Positions 41,901 through 56,700 are shown, counted from the first letter of the stretch. The stretch is DNA of 64,000 nt from Nemertoderma westbladi (GCA_032718475.1 JAUCBJ010008467.1:81092-145091), one strand, 5' to 3'. Program-made: numbers and translations. The notes: generated by a model from the sequence alone, not told the origin.

Positions 41901-44200
41901 AATAACATTTGTACTTCAATGCTATGCTCGCCCTACAATAATAACATTTGTACTTCAATGCTATGCTCGCCCTACAATAATAACATTTGTACTTCAATGC
42001 TATGCTCGGGCTACAATAATAACATTTGTACTTCAATGCTATGCTCGGGCTACAATAATAACATTTGTACTTCAATGCTATGCTCGGGCTCGCCCTACAA
42101 TAATAACATTTGTACTTCAATGCTATGCTCGGGCTACAATAATAACATTTGTACTTCAATGCTATGCTCGCCCTACAATAATAACATTTGTACTTCAATG
42201 CTATGCTCGGGCTCGCCCTACAATAATAACATTTGTACTTCAATGCTATGCTCGGGCTTCAATAATAACATTTGTACTTCAATGCTATGCTCGCCCTACA
42301 ATTATAACATTTCTACGTCAATGCTATGCTCGGGCTCGCCCTACAATAATAACATTTGTACTTCAATGCTATGCTCGGGCTACAATAATAACATATGTAC
42401 TTCAATGCTATGCTCGCCCTACAATAGTAACATTTGTACTTCAATGCTATGCTCGGGCTCGCCCTACAATAATAACATTTGTACTTCAATGCTATGCTCG
42501 CCCTACATTAATAACATTTGTACTTCAATGCTATGCTTGGGCTACAATAATAACATTTGTACTTCAATGCTATGCTCGCCCAACAATAATAACATTTGTA
42601 CTTCAATGCTATGCTCGGGCTCGCCCTACAATAATAACATTTGTACTTCAATGCTATGCTCGCCCTACATTAATAACATTTGTACTTCAATGCTATGCTC
42701 GCCCTACAATAATAACATTTGTACTTCAATGCTATGCTCGCCCTATATTAATAACATTTGTACTTCAATGCTATGCTCGGGCTCGCCCTACAATAATAAC
42801 ATTTGTACTTCAATGCTATGCTCGCCCTACAATAATAACATTTGTACTTCAATGCTATGCTCGCCCTACAATAATAACATTTGTACTTCAATGCTATGCT
42901 CAGGCTCGCCCTACAATAATAACATTTGTACTTCAATGCTATGCTCGGGCTTGCCCTACAATAATAACATTTGTATTTCAATGCTATGCTCGCCCTACAA
43001 TAATAACATTTGTACTTCAATGCTATGCTCGGCTCGCCCTACAATAATAACATTTGTACTTCAATGCTATGCTCGGGCTCGCCCTACAATAATAACATTT
43101 GTACTTCAATGCTATGCTCGCCCTACAATAATAAAATTTGTACTTCAGTGCTATGCTCGCCCTACAATAATAACATTTGTACTTCAATGCTATGCTCGCC
43201 CTACAATAATAACATTTGTACTTCAATGCTATGCTCGGGCTCGCCCTACAATAATAACATTTGTACTTCAATGCTATGCTCGCCCTACAATAATAACATT
43301 TGTACTTCAATGCTATGCTCGCCCTACAATAATAACATTTGTACTTCAATGCTATGCTCGCCCTACAATAATAACATTTGTACTTCAATGCTATGCTCGC
43401 CCTACAATAATAACATTTGTACTTCAATGCTATGCTCGGGCTACAATAATAACATTTGTACTTCAATGCTATGCTCGGGCTACAATAATAACATTTGTAC
43501 TTCAATGCTATGCTCGGGCTCGCCCTACAATAATAACATTTGTACTTCAATGCTATGCTCGGGCTACAATAATAACATTTGTACTTCAATGCTATGCTCG
43601 CCCTACAATAATAACATTTGTACTTCAATGCTATGCTCGGGCTCGCCCTACAATAATAACATTTGTACTTCAATGCTATGCTCGGGCTACAATAATAACA
43701 TTTGTACTTCAATGCTATGCTCGCCCTACAATAATAACATTTCTACGTCAATGCTATGCTCGGGCTCGCCCTACAATAATAACATTTGTACTTCAATGCT
43801 ATGCTCGGGCTACAATAATAACATATGTACTTCAATGCTATGCTCGCCCTACAATAGTAACATTTGTACTTCAATGCTATGCTCGGGCTCGCCCTACAAT
43901 AATAACATTTGTACTTCAATGCTATGCTCGCCCTACATTAATAACATTTGTACTTCAATGCTATGCTTGGGCTACAATAATAACATTTGTACTTCAATGC
44001 TATGCTCGCCCAACAATAATAACATTTGTACTTCAATGCTATGCTCGGGCTCGCCCTACAATAATAACATTTGTACTTCAATGCTATGCTCGCCCTACAT
44101 TAATAACATTTGTACTTCAATGCTATGCTCGTCCTACAATAATAACATTTGTACTTCAATGCTATGCTCGCCCTATATTAATAACATTTGTACTTCAAAG
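29950..44200. repeat. Nested duplication domain (offsets 335, 693, 2001, 3727/3772, 4465, 6466 bp)
   Basis: ORF-track pairs: 31034/31369, 34806/35141 and 41272/41607 (335); 31034/34806 (3772); 30052/33779 (3727); 32153/36618 (4465); 36282/38283, 36618/38619 and 37221/39222 (2001); 32653/39119, 33779/40245 and 34806/41272 (6466). Private variants: AATAGT, AATTATAACATTTCTACGTCA, ACATATGT, CTCAGGCTCG. Confidence 0.9.
36010..40011. repeat. Tandem duplication, period 2001 bp
   Basis: AATAGT marker G at 36039 and 38040. ATTTTTACTTCAATCCTA at about 37755 and 39756. ORF pairs 36282/38283, 36618/38619, 37118/39119 and 37221/39222. Boundaries approximate. Confidence 0.9.
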
Positions 44201-44799
44201 CTATGCTACGGCTCGCCCTACAATAATAACATTTGTACTTCAATGCTATGCTCGCCCTACAATAATAACATTTGTACTTCAATGCTATGCTCGCCCTACA
44301 ATAATAACATTTGTACTTCAATGCTATGCTCAGGCTCGCCCTACAATAATAACATTTGTACTTCAATGCTATGCTCGCCCTACAATAATAACATTTGTAC
44401 TTCAATGCTATGCTCGGGCTACAATAATAACATTTGTACTTCAATGCTATGCTCGGGCTCGGCCTACAATAAAAACATTTGTACTACAATGCTATGCTCG
44501 CCCTACAATAATAACATTTGTACTACAATGCTATGCTCGGGCTACAGTAATAACATTTGTACTTCAATGCTATGCTCGCCCTACAATAATAACATTTGTA
44601 CTTCAATGCTATGCTCGGGCTACAATAATAACATTTGTACTTCAATGCTATGCTCGCCCTTCAATAATAACATTTGTACTTCAATGCTATGCACGGGCTA
44701 CAATAATAACATTTGTACTTCAATGCTATGCTCGGGCTCGCCCTACAATAATAACATTTGTACTTCAATGCTATGCTCGCCCTACAATAATAACATTTG

Positions 44800-47700
44800 T
44801 ACTACAATGCTATGCTCGGGCTCGCCCTACAATAATAACAATTGTACTTCAATGCTATGCTCGGGCTCGCCCTACAATAATAACATTTGTACTTCAATGC
44901 TGTGCTCGGGCTACAATAATAACATTTGTACTTCAATGCTATGCTCGCCCTACAATAATAACATTTGTACTTCAATGCTATGCTCGCCCTACAATAATAA
45001 CATTTGTACTACAATGCTATGCTCGGGCTCGCCCTACAATAATAACATTTGTACTTCAATGCTATGCTCGCCCTACAATAATAACATTTGTACTACAATG
45101 CTATGCTCGGGCTACAATAATAACATTTGTACTTCAATGCTATGCTCGCCCTACAATAATAACATTTGTACTTCAATGCTATGCTCGGGCTACAATAATA
45201 ACATTTGTACTTCAATGCTATGCTCGCCCTTCAATAATAACATTTGTACTTCAATGCTATGCTCGGGCTACAATAATAACATTTGTACTTCAATGCTATG
45301 CTCGGGCTCGCCGTACAATAATAACATTTGTACTTCAATGCTATGCTCGCCCTACAATAATAACATTTGTACTACAATGCTATGCTCGGGCTCGCCCTAC
45401 AATAATAACATTTGTACTTCAATGCTATGCTCGCCCTACAATAATAACATTTGTACTACAATGCTATGCTCGGGCTCGCCCTACAATAATAACATTTGTA
45501 CTTCAATGCTATGCTCGCCCTACAATAATAACATTTGTACTACAAAGCTATGCTCGGGCTCGCCCTACAATAATAACATTTGTACTTCAATGCTATGCTC
45601 GGGCTACAATAATAACATTTGTACTTCAATGCTATGATCGCCCTACATTAATAACATTTGTACTTCAATGCCCATCTCGCCCTACAATAATAACATTTGT
45701 ACTTCAATGCTATGCTCGGCCTACAATAATAACATTTGTACTTCAATGCTATGCTCGGGCTCGCCCTACAATAATAACATTTGTACTTCAATGCTATGCT
45801 CGCCCTACAATAATAACATTTGTACTTCAATGCTATGCTCGCCCTACAATAATAACATTTGTACGTCAATGCTATGCTCGTCCTACAATAATAACATTTG
45901 TACTTCAATGCTATGCTCGGGCTCGCCCTACAATAACAACATTTGTACTTCAATGCTATGCTCGGGCTACAATAATAACATGTGTACTTCAATGCTATGC
46001 TCGGGCTACAATAATAACATTTGTACTTCAATGCTATGCTCGGGCTACAATAATAACATTTGTACTTCAATGCTATGCTCGGGCTCGCCCTACAATAATA
46101 ACATTTGTACTTCAATGCTATGCTCGGGCTACAATAATAACATTTGTACTACAATGCTATGCTCGGGCTCGCCCTATAATAATAACATTTGTACTTCAAT
46201 GCTATGCTCGGGCTACAATAATAACATTTGTACTTCAATGCTATGCTCGGGCTCGCCCTACAATAATAACATTTGTACTTCAATGCTATGCTCGCCCTAC
46301 AATAATAACATTTGTACTTCAATGCTATGCTCGGGCTACAATAATAACATTTGTACTTCAATGCTATGCTCGGGCTACAGAAATAACATTTGTACTTCAA
46401 TGCTATGCTCGCCCTACAATAATAACATTTGTACTTCAATGCTATGCTCGCCCTACAATAATAACATTTGTACTTCAATGCTATGCTCGGGCTACAATAA
46501 TAACATTTGTACTTCAATGCTATGCTCGCCCTACAATAATAACATTTGTACTTCAATGCTATGCTCGGGCTACAGAAATAACATTTGTACTTCAATGCTA
46601 TGCTCGCCCTACAATAATAACATTTGTACTTCAATGCTATGCTCGCCCTACAATAATAACATTTGTACTTCAATGCTATGCTCGGGCTCGCCCTACAATA
46701 ATAACATTTCTACTTCAATGCTATGCTCGCCCTACAATAATAACATTTGTACTTCAATGCTATGCTCGGGCTCGCCCTACAATAATAACATTTGTACTTC
46801 AATGCTATGCTCGTCTACAATAATAACATTTGTACTTCAATGCTATGCTCGGGCTATAATAATAACATTTGTACTTCAATGCTATGCTCGGGATACAATA
46901 ATAACATTTGTACTTCAATGCTATGCTCGGGCTACAATAATAACATTTGTACTGCAATGCTATGCTCGGGCTCGCCCTTCAATAATAACATTTGTACTTC
47001 AATGCTATGCTCGCCCTACAATAATAACATTTGTACTTCAATGCTATGCTCGGGCTCGCCCTACAATAATAACATTTGTACTTCAATGCTATGCTCGGGC
47101 TACAATAATAACATTTGTACTTCAATGCTATGCTCGGGCTCGCCCTACAATAATAACATTTGTACTTCAATGCTATGCTCGGGCTACAATAATAACATTT
47201 GTACTGCAATGCTATGCTCGGGCTCGCCCTACAATAATAACATTTGTACTTCAATGCTATGCTCGCCCTACAATAATAACATTTGTACTTCAATGCTATG
47301 CTCGGGCTCGCCCTACAATAATAACATTTGTACTTCAATGCTATGCTCGGGCTACAATAATAACATTTGTACTTCAATGCTATGCTCGGGCTCGCCCTAC
47401 CATAATAACATTTGTACTTCAATGCTATGCTCGGGCTACAATAATAACATTTGTACTTCAATGCTATGCTCGGGCTACAATAATAACATTTGTACTTCAA
47501 TGCTATGTTCGGGCTCGCCCTACAATAATAACATTTGTACTTCAATGCTATGCTCGCCCTACATTAATAACATTTGTACTTCAATGCTATGCTCGGGCTC
47601 GCCCTACAATAATAACATTTGTACTTCAATGCTATGCTCGGGCTACAATAATAACATTTGTACTTCAATGCTATGTTCGGGCTCGCCCTACAATAATAAC

Positions 47701-50700
47701 ATTTGTACTTCAATGCTATGATCGCCCTACAATAATAACATTTGTACTTCAATGCTATGCTCGGGCTCGCCCTACAATAATAACATTTGTACTTCAATGC
47801 TATGCTCGGGCTACAATAATAACATTTGTACTTCAATGCTATGCTCGGGCTACAATAATAACATTTGTACTTCAATGCTATGCTTGGGCTACAATAATAA
47901 CATTTGTACTTCAATGCTATGCTCGGGCTCGCCCTACAATAATAACATTTGTACTTCAATGCTATGCTCGGGCTACATTAATAACATTTGTACTTCAATG
48001 CTATGCTCGGGCTACAATAATAACATTTGTACTTCAATGCTATGCTCGGGCTCGCCCTACAATAATAACATTTGTACTTCAATGCTATGCTCGCCCTATA
48101 ATAATAACATTTGTACTTCAATGCTATGCTCGGGCTCGCCCTACAATAATAACATTTGTACTTCAATGCTATGCTCGGGCTACAATAATAACATTTGTAC
48201 TTCAATGCTATGCTCGGGCTACAATAATAACATTTGTACTTCAACGCTATGCTCGGGCTACAATAATAACATTTGTACTTCAATGCTATGCTCGGGCTAC
48301 AATAATAACATTTGTACTTCAATGCTATGCTCGGGCTCGCCCTACAATAATAACATTTGTACTTCAATGCTATGCTCGGGCTACAATAATAACATTTGTA
48401 CTTCAATGCTATGCTCGGGCTACAATAATAACATTTGTAATTCAATGCTATGCTCGGGCTACAATAATAACATTTGTAAGTCAATGCTATGCTCGGGCTA
48501 CAATAATAACATTTGTACTTCAATGCTATGCTCGGGCTACAATAATAACATTTGTACGTCAATGCTATGCTCGGGCTACAATAATAACATTTGTACTTCA
48601 ATGCTATGTTCGGGCTCGCCCTACAATAATAACATTTGTACTTCAATGCTATGCTCGCCCTACATTAATAACATTTGTACTTCAATGCTATGCTCGGGCT
48701 CGCCCTACAATAATAACATTTGTACTTCAATGCTATGTTCGGGCTCGCCCTACAATAATAACATTTGTACTTCAATGCTATGCTCGCCCTACAATAATAA
48801 CATTTGTACTGCAATGCTATGCTCGGGCTCGCCCTTCAATAATAACAATTGTACTTCAATGCTATGCTCGGGCTCGCCCTACAATAATAACATTTGTACT
48901 TCAATGCTGTGCTCGGGCTACAATAATAACATTTGTACTTCAATGCTATGCTCGCCCTACAATAATAACATTTGTACTTCAATGCTATGCTCGCCCTACA
49001 ATAATAACATTTGTACTACAATGCTATGCTCGGGCTCGCCCTACAATAATAACATTTGTACTTCAATGCTATGCTCGCCCTACAATAATAACATTTGTAC
49101 TACAATGCTATGCTCGGGCTACAATAATAACATTTGTACTTCAATGCTATGCTCGCCCTACAATAATAACATTTGTACTTCAATGCTATGCTCGGGCTAC
49201 AATAATAACATTTGTACTTCAATGCTATGCTCGGGCTCGCCCTACAATAATAACATTTGTACTTCAATGCTATGCTCGCCCTACAATAATAACATTTGTA
49301 CTACAATGCTATGCTCGGGCTCGCCCTACAATAATAACATTTGTACTTCAATGCTATGCTCGCCCTACAATAATAACATTTGTACTACAATGCTATGCTC
49401 GGGCTCGCCCTACAATAATAACATTTGTACTTCAATGCTATGCTCGCCCTACAATAATAACATTTGTACTACAAAGCTATGCTCGGGCTCGCCCTACAAT
49501 AATAACATTTGTACTTCAATGCTATGCTCGGGCTACAATAATAACATTTGTACTTCAATGCTATGATCGCCCTACATTAATAACATTTGTACTTCAATGC
49601 CCATCTCGCCCTACAATAATAACATTTGTACTTCAATGCTATGCTCGGCCTACAATAATAACATTTGTACTTCAATGCTATGCTCGGGCTCGCCCTACAA
49701 TAATAACATTTGTACTTCAATGCTATGCTCGCCCTACAATAATAACATTTGTACTTCAATGCTATGCTCGGGCTATAATAATAACATTTGTACTTCAATG
49801 CTATGCTCGGGCTACAATAATAACATTTGTACTTCAATGCTATGCTCGGGCTACAATAATAACATTTGTACTGCAATGCTATGCTCGGGCTCGCCCTTCA
49901 ATAATAACATTTGTACTTCAATGCTATGCTCGCCCTACAATAATAACATTTGTACTTCAATGCTATGCTCGGGCTCGCCCTACAATAATAACATTTGTAC
50001 TTCAATGCTATGCTCGGGCTACAATAATAACATTTGTACTTCAATGCTATGCTCGGGCTCGCCCTACAATAATAACATTTGTACTTCAATGCTATGCTCG
50101 GGCTACAATAATAACATTTGTACTTCAATGCTATGTTCGGGCTCGCCCTACAATAATAACATTTGTACTTCAATGCTATGCTCGGGCTACAATAATAACA
50201 TTTGTACTTCAATGCTATGCTCGGGCTACAATAATAACATTTGTACTTCAATGCTATGCTTGGGCTACAATAATAACATTTGTACTTCAATGCTATGCTC
50301 GGGCTCGCCCTACAATAATAACATTTGTACTTCAATGCTATGCTCGGGCTACATTAATAACATTTGTACTTCAATGCTATGCTCGGGCTACAATAATAAC
50401 ATTTGTACTTCAATGCTATGCTCGGGCTCGCCCTACAATAATAACATTTGTACTTCAATGCTATGCTCGCCCTATAATAATAACATTTGTACTTCAATGC
50501 TATGCTCGGGCTCGCCCTACAATAATAACATTTGTACTTCAATGCTATGCTCGGGCTACAATAATAACATTTGTACTTCAATGCTATGCTCGGGCTACAA
50601 TAATAACATTTGTACTTCAACGCTATGCTCGGGCTACAATAATAACATTTGTACTTCAATGCTATGCTCGGGCTACAATAATAACATTTGTACTTCAATG

Positions 50701-53700
50701 CTATGCTCGGGCTCGCCCTACAATAATAACATTTGTACTTCAATGCTATGCTCGGGCTACAATAATAACATTTGTACTTCAATGCTATGCTCGGGCTACA
50801 ATAATAACATTTGTAATTCAATGCTATGCTCGGGCTACAATAATAACATTTGTAAGTCAATGCTATGCTCGGGCTACAATAATAACATTTGTACTTCAAT
50901 GCTATGCTCGGGCTACAATAATAACATTTGTACGTCAATGCTATGCTCGGGCTACAATAATAACATTTGTACTTCAATGCTATGTTCGGGCTCGCCCTAC
51001 AATAATAACATTTGTACTTCAATGCTATGCTCGCCCTACATTAATAACATTTGTACTTCAATGCTATGCTCGGGCTCGCCCTACAATAATAACATTTGTA
51101 CTTCAATGCTATGCTCGGGCTACAATAATAACATTTGTACTTCAATGCTATGCTCGGGCTACAATAATAACATTTGTACTGCAATGCTATGCTCGGGCTC
51201 GCCCTTCAATAATAACAATTGTACTTCAATGCTATGCTCGGGCTCGCCCTACAATAATAACATTTGTACTTCAATGCTGTGCTCGGGCTACAATAATAAC
51301 ATTTGTACTTCAATGCTATGCTCGCCCTACAATAATAACATTTGTACTTCAATGCTATGCTCGCCCTACAATAATAACATTTGTACTACAATGCTATGCT
51401 CGGGCTCGCCCTACAATAATAACATTTGTACTTCAATGCTATGCTCGCCCTACAATAATAACATTTGTACTACAATGCTATGCTCGGGCTACAATAATAA
51501 CATTTGTACTTCAATGCTATGCTCGCCCTACAATAATAACATTTGTACTTCAATGCTATGCTCGGGCTACAATAATAACATTTGTACTTCAATGCTATGT
51601 TCGGGCTCGCCCTACAATAATAACATTTGTACTTCAATGCTATGCTCGGGCTACAATAATAACATTTGTACTTCAATGCTATGCTCGGGCTACAATAATA
51701 ACATTTGTACTTCAATGCTATGCTTGGGCTACAATAATAACATTTGTACTTCAATGCTATGCTCGGGCTCGCCCTACAATAATAACATTTGTACTTCAAT
51801 GCTATGCTCGGGCTACATTAATAACATTTGTACTTCAATGCTATGCTCGGGCTACAATAATAACATTTGTACTTCAATGCTATGCTCGGGCTCGCCCTAC
51901 AATAATAACATTTGTACTTCAATGCTATGCTCGCCCTATAATAATAACATTTGTACTTCAATGCTATGCTGGGGCTCGCCCTACAATAATAACATTTGTA
52001 CTTCAATGCTATGCTCGGGCTACAATAATAACATTTGTACTTCAATGCTATGCTCGGGCTACAATAATAACATTTGTACTTCAACGCTATGCTCGGGCTA
52101 CAATAATAACATTTGTACTTCAATGCTATGCTCGGGCTACAATAATAACATTTGTACTTCAATGCTATGCTCGGGCTCGCCCTACAATAATAACATTTGT
52201 ACTTCAATGCTATGCTCGGGCTACAATAATAACATTTGTACTTCAATGCTATGCTCGGGCTACAATAATAACATTTGTAATTCAATGCTATGCTCGGGCT
52301 ACAATAATAACATTTGTAAGTCAATGCTATGCTCGGGCTACAATAATAACATTTGTACTTCAATGCTATGCTTGGGCTACAATAATAACATTTGTACGTC
52401 AATGCTATGCTCGGGCTACAATAATAACATTTGTACTTCAATGCTATGTTCGGGCTCGCCCTACAATAATAACATTTGTACTTCAATGCTATGCTCGCCC
52501 TACATTAATAACATTTGTACTTCAATGCTATGCTCGGGCTCGCCCTACAATAATAACATTTGTACTTCAATGCTATGCTCGGGCTACAATAATAACATTT
52601 GTACTTCAATGCTATGCTCGGGCTACAATAATAACATTTGTACTGCAATGCTATGCTCGGGCTCGCCCTTCAATAATAACAATTGTACTTCAATGCTATG
52701 CTCGGGCTCGCCCTACAATAATAACATTTGTACTTCAATGCTGTGCTCGGGCTACAATAATAACATTTGTACTTCAATGCTATGCTCGCCCTACAATAAT
52801 AACATTTGTACTTCAATGCTATGCTCGCCCTACAATAATAACATTTGTACTACAATGCTATGCTCGGGCTCGCCCTACAATAATAACATTTGTACTTCAA
52901 TGCTATGCTCGCCCTACAATAATAACATTTGTACTACAATGCTATGCTCGGGCTACAATAATAACATTTGTACTTCAATGCTATGCTCGCCCTACAATAA
53001 TAACATTTGTACTTCAATGCTATGCTCGGGCTACAATAATAACATTTGTACTTCAATGCTATGCTCGGGCTCGCCCTACAATAATAACATTTGTACTTCA
53101 ATGCTATGCTCGCCCTACAATAATAACATTTGTACTACAATGCTATGCTCGGGCTCGCCCTACAATAATAACATTTGTACTTCAATGCTATGCTCGCCCT
53201 ACAATAATAACATTTGTACTACAATGCTATGCTCGGGCTCGCCCTACAATAATAACATTTGTACTTCAATGCTATGCTCGCCCTACAATAATAACATTTG
53301 TACTACAAAGCTATGCTCGGGCTCGCCCTACAATAATAACATTTGTACTTCAATGCTATGCTCGGGCTACAATAATAACATTTGTACTTCAATGCTATGA
53401 TCGCCCTACATTAATAACATTTGTACTTCAATGCCCATCTCGCCCTACAATAATAACATTTGTACTTCAATGCTATGCTCGGCCTACAATAATAACATTT
53501 GTACTTCAATGCTATGCTCGGGCTCGCCCTACAATAATAACATTTGTACTTCAATGCTATGCTCGCCCTACAATAATAACATTTGTACTTCAATGCTATG
53601 CTCGCCCTACAATAATAACATTTGTACGTCAATGCTATGCTCGTCCTACAATAATAACATTTGTACTTCAATGCTATGCTCGGGCTCGCCCTACAATAAC

Positions 53701-53770
53701 AACATTTGTACTTCAATGCTATGCTCGGGCTACAATAATAACATGTGTACTTCAATGCTATGCTCGGGCT
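44800..53770. repeat. Rearranged precursor copies of the 4010-bp unit (offsets 1464, 2376, 3834, 3929, 7160 bp)
   Basis: Identical 222-aa minus-strand translation at 47978, 50354, 51818, 55138, 59148 and 63158. ATGCCCATCTCG marker at 45668, 49597 and 53431. ORFs 46792/53952 are offset by 7160. GTTCGGG marker at 50136 and 51600 (1464). Confidence 0.88.
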
Positions 53771-56700
53771 ACAATAATAACATTTGTACTTCAATGCTAT
53801 GCTCGGGCTACAATAATAACATTTGTACTTCAATGCTATGCTCGGGCTCGCCCTACAATAATAACATTTCTACTTCAATGCTATGCTCGCCCTACAATAA
53901 TAACATTTGTACTTCAATGCTATGCTCGGGCTCGCCCTACAATAATAACATTTGTACTTCAATGCTATGCTCGTCTACAATAATAACATTTGTACTTCAA
54001 TGCTATGCTCGGGCTATAATAATAACATTTGTACTTCAATGCTATGCTCGGGCTACAATAATAACATTTGTACTTCAATGCTATGCTCGGGCTACAATAA
54101 TAACATTTGTACTGCAATGCTATGCTCGGGCTCGCCCTTCAATAATAACATTTGTACTTCAATGCTATGCTCGCCCTACAATAATAACATTTGTACTTCA
54201 ATGCTATGCTCGGGCTCGCCCTACAATAATAACATTTGTACTTCAATGCTATGCTCGGGCTACAATAATAACATTTGTACTTCAATGCTATGCTCGGGCT
54301 CGCCCTACAATAATAACATTTGTACTTCAATGCTATGCTCGGGCTACAATAATAACATTTGTACTGCAATGCTATGCTCGGGCTCGCCCTACAATAATAA
54401 CATTTGTACTTCAATGCTATGCTCGCCCTACAATAATAACATTTGTACTTCAATGCTATGCTCGGGCTCGCCCTACAATAATAACATTTGTACTTCAATG
54501 CTATGCTCGGGCTACAATAATAACATTTGTACTTCAATGCTATGCTCGGGCTCGCCCTACCATAATAACATTTGTACTTCAATGCTATGCTCGGGCTACA
54601 ATAATAACATTTGTACTTCAATGCTATGCTCGGGCTACAATAATAACATTTGTACTTCAATGCTATGTTCGGGCTCGCCCTACAATAATAACATTTGTAC
54701 TTCAATGCTATGCTCGCCCTACATTAATAACATTTGTACTTCAATGCTATGCTCGGGCTCGCCCTACAATAATAACATTTGTACTTCAATGCTATGCTCG
54801 GGCTACAATAATAACATTTGTACTTCAATGCTATGTTCGGGCTCGCCCTACAATAATAACATTTGTACTTCAATGCTATGATCGCCCTACAATAATAACA
54901 TTTGTACTTCAATGCTATGCTCGGGCTCGCCCTACAATAATAACATTTGTACTTCAATGCTATGCTCGGGCTACAATAATAACATTTGTACTTCAATGCT
55001 ATGCTCGGGCTACAATAATAACATTTGTACTTCAATGCTATGCTTGGGCTACAATAATAACATTTGTACTTCAATGCTATGCTCGGGCTCGCCCTACAAT
55101 AATAACATTTGTACTTCAATGCTATGCTCGGGCTACATTAATAACATTTGTACTTCAATGCTATGCTCGGGCTACAATAATAACATTTGTACTTCAATGC
55201 TATGCTCGGGCTCGCCCTACAATAATAACATTTGTACTTCAATGCTATGCTCGCCCTATAATAATAACATTTGTACTTCAATGCTATGCTCGGGCTCGCC
55301 CTACAATAATAACATTTGTACTTCAATGCTATGCTCGGGCTACAATAATAACATTTGTACTTCAATGCTATGCTCGGGCTACAATAATAACATTTGTACT
55401 TCAACGCTATGCTCGGGCTACAATAATAACATTTGTACTTCAATGCTATGCTCGGGCTACAATAATAACATTTGTACTTCAATGCTATGCTCGGGCTCGC
55501 CCTACAATAATAACATTTGTACTTCAATGCTATGCTCGGGCTACAATAATAACATTTGTACTTCAATGCTATGCTCGGGCTACAATAATAACATTTGTAA
55601 TTCAATGCTATGCTCGGGCTACAATAATAACATTTGTAAGTCAATGCTATGCTCGGGCTACAATAATAACATTTGTACTTCAATGCTATGCTCGGGCTAC
55701 AATAATAACATTTGTACGTCAATGCTATGCTCGGGCTACAATAATAACATTTGTACTTCAATGCTATGTTCGGGCTCGCCCTACAATAATAACATTTGTA
55801 CTTCAATGCTATGCTCGCCCTACATTAATAACATTTGTACTTCAATGCTATGCTCGGGCTCGCCCTACAATAATAACATTTGTACTTCAATGCTATGCTC
55901 GGGCTACAATAATAACATTTGTACTTCAATGCTATGCTCGGGCTACAATAATAACATTTGTACTGCAATGCTATGCTCGGGCTCGCCCTTCAATAATAAC
56001 AATTGTACTTCAATGCTATGCTCGGGCTCGCCCCCCTACAATAATAACATTTGTACTTCAATGCTGTGCTCGGGCTACAATAATAACATTTGTACTTCAA
56101 TGCTATGCTCGCCCTACAATAATAACATTTGTACTTCAATGCTATGCTCGCCCTACAATAATAACATTTGTACTACAATGCTATGCTCGGGCTCGCCCTA
56201 CAATAATAACATTTGTACTTCAATGCTATGCTCGCCCTACAATAATAACATTTGTACTACAATGCTATGCTCGGGCTACAATAATAACATTTGTACTTCA
56301 ATGCTATGCTCGCCCTACAATAATAACATTTGTACTTCAATGCTATGCTCGGGCTACAATAATAACATTTGTACTTCAATGCTATGCTCGGGCTCGCCCT
56401 ACAATAATAACATTTGTACTTCAATGCTATGCTCGCCCTACAATAATAACATTTGTACTACAATGCTATGCTCGGGCTCGCCCTACAATAATAACATTTG
56501 TACTTCAATGCTATGCTCGCCCTACAATAATAACATTTGTACTACAATGCTATGCTCGGGCTCGCCCTACAATAATAACATTTGTACTTCAATGCTATGC
56601 TCGCCCTACAATAATAACATTTGTACTACAAAGCTATGCTCGGGCTCGCCCTACAATAATAACATTTGTACTTCAATGCTATGCTCGGGCTACAATAATA

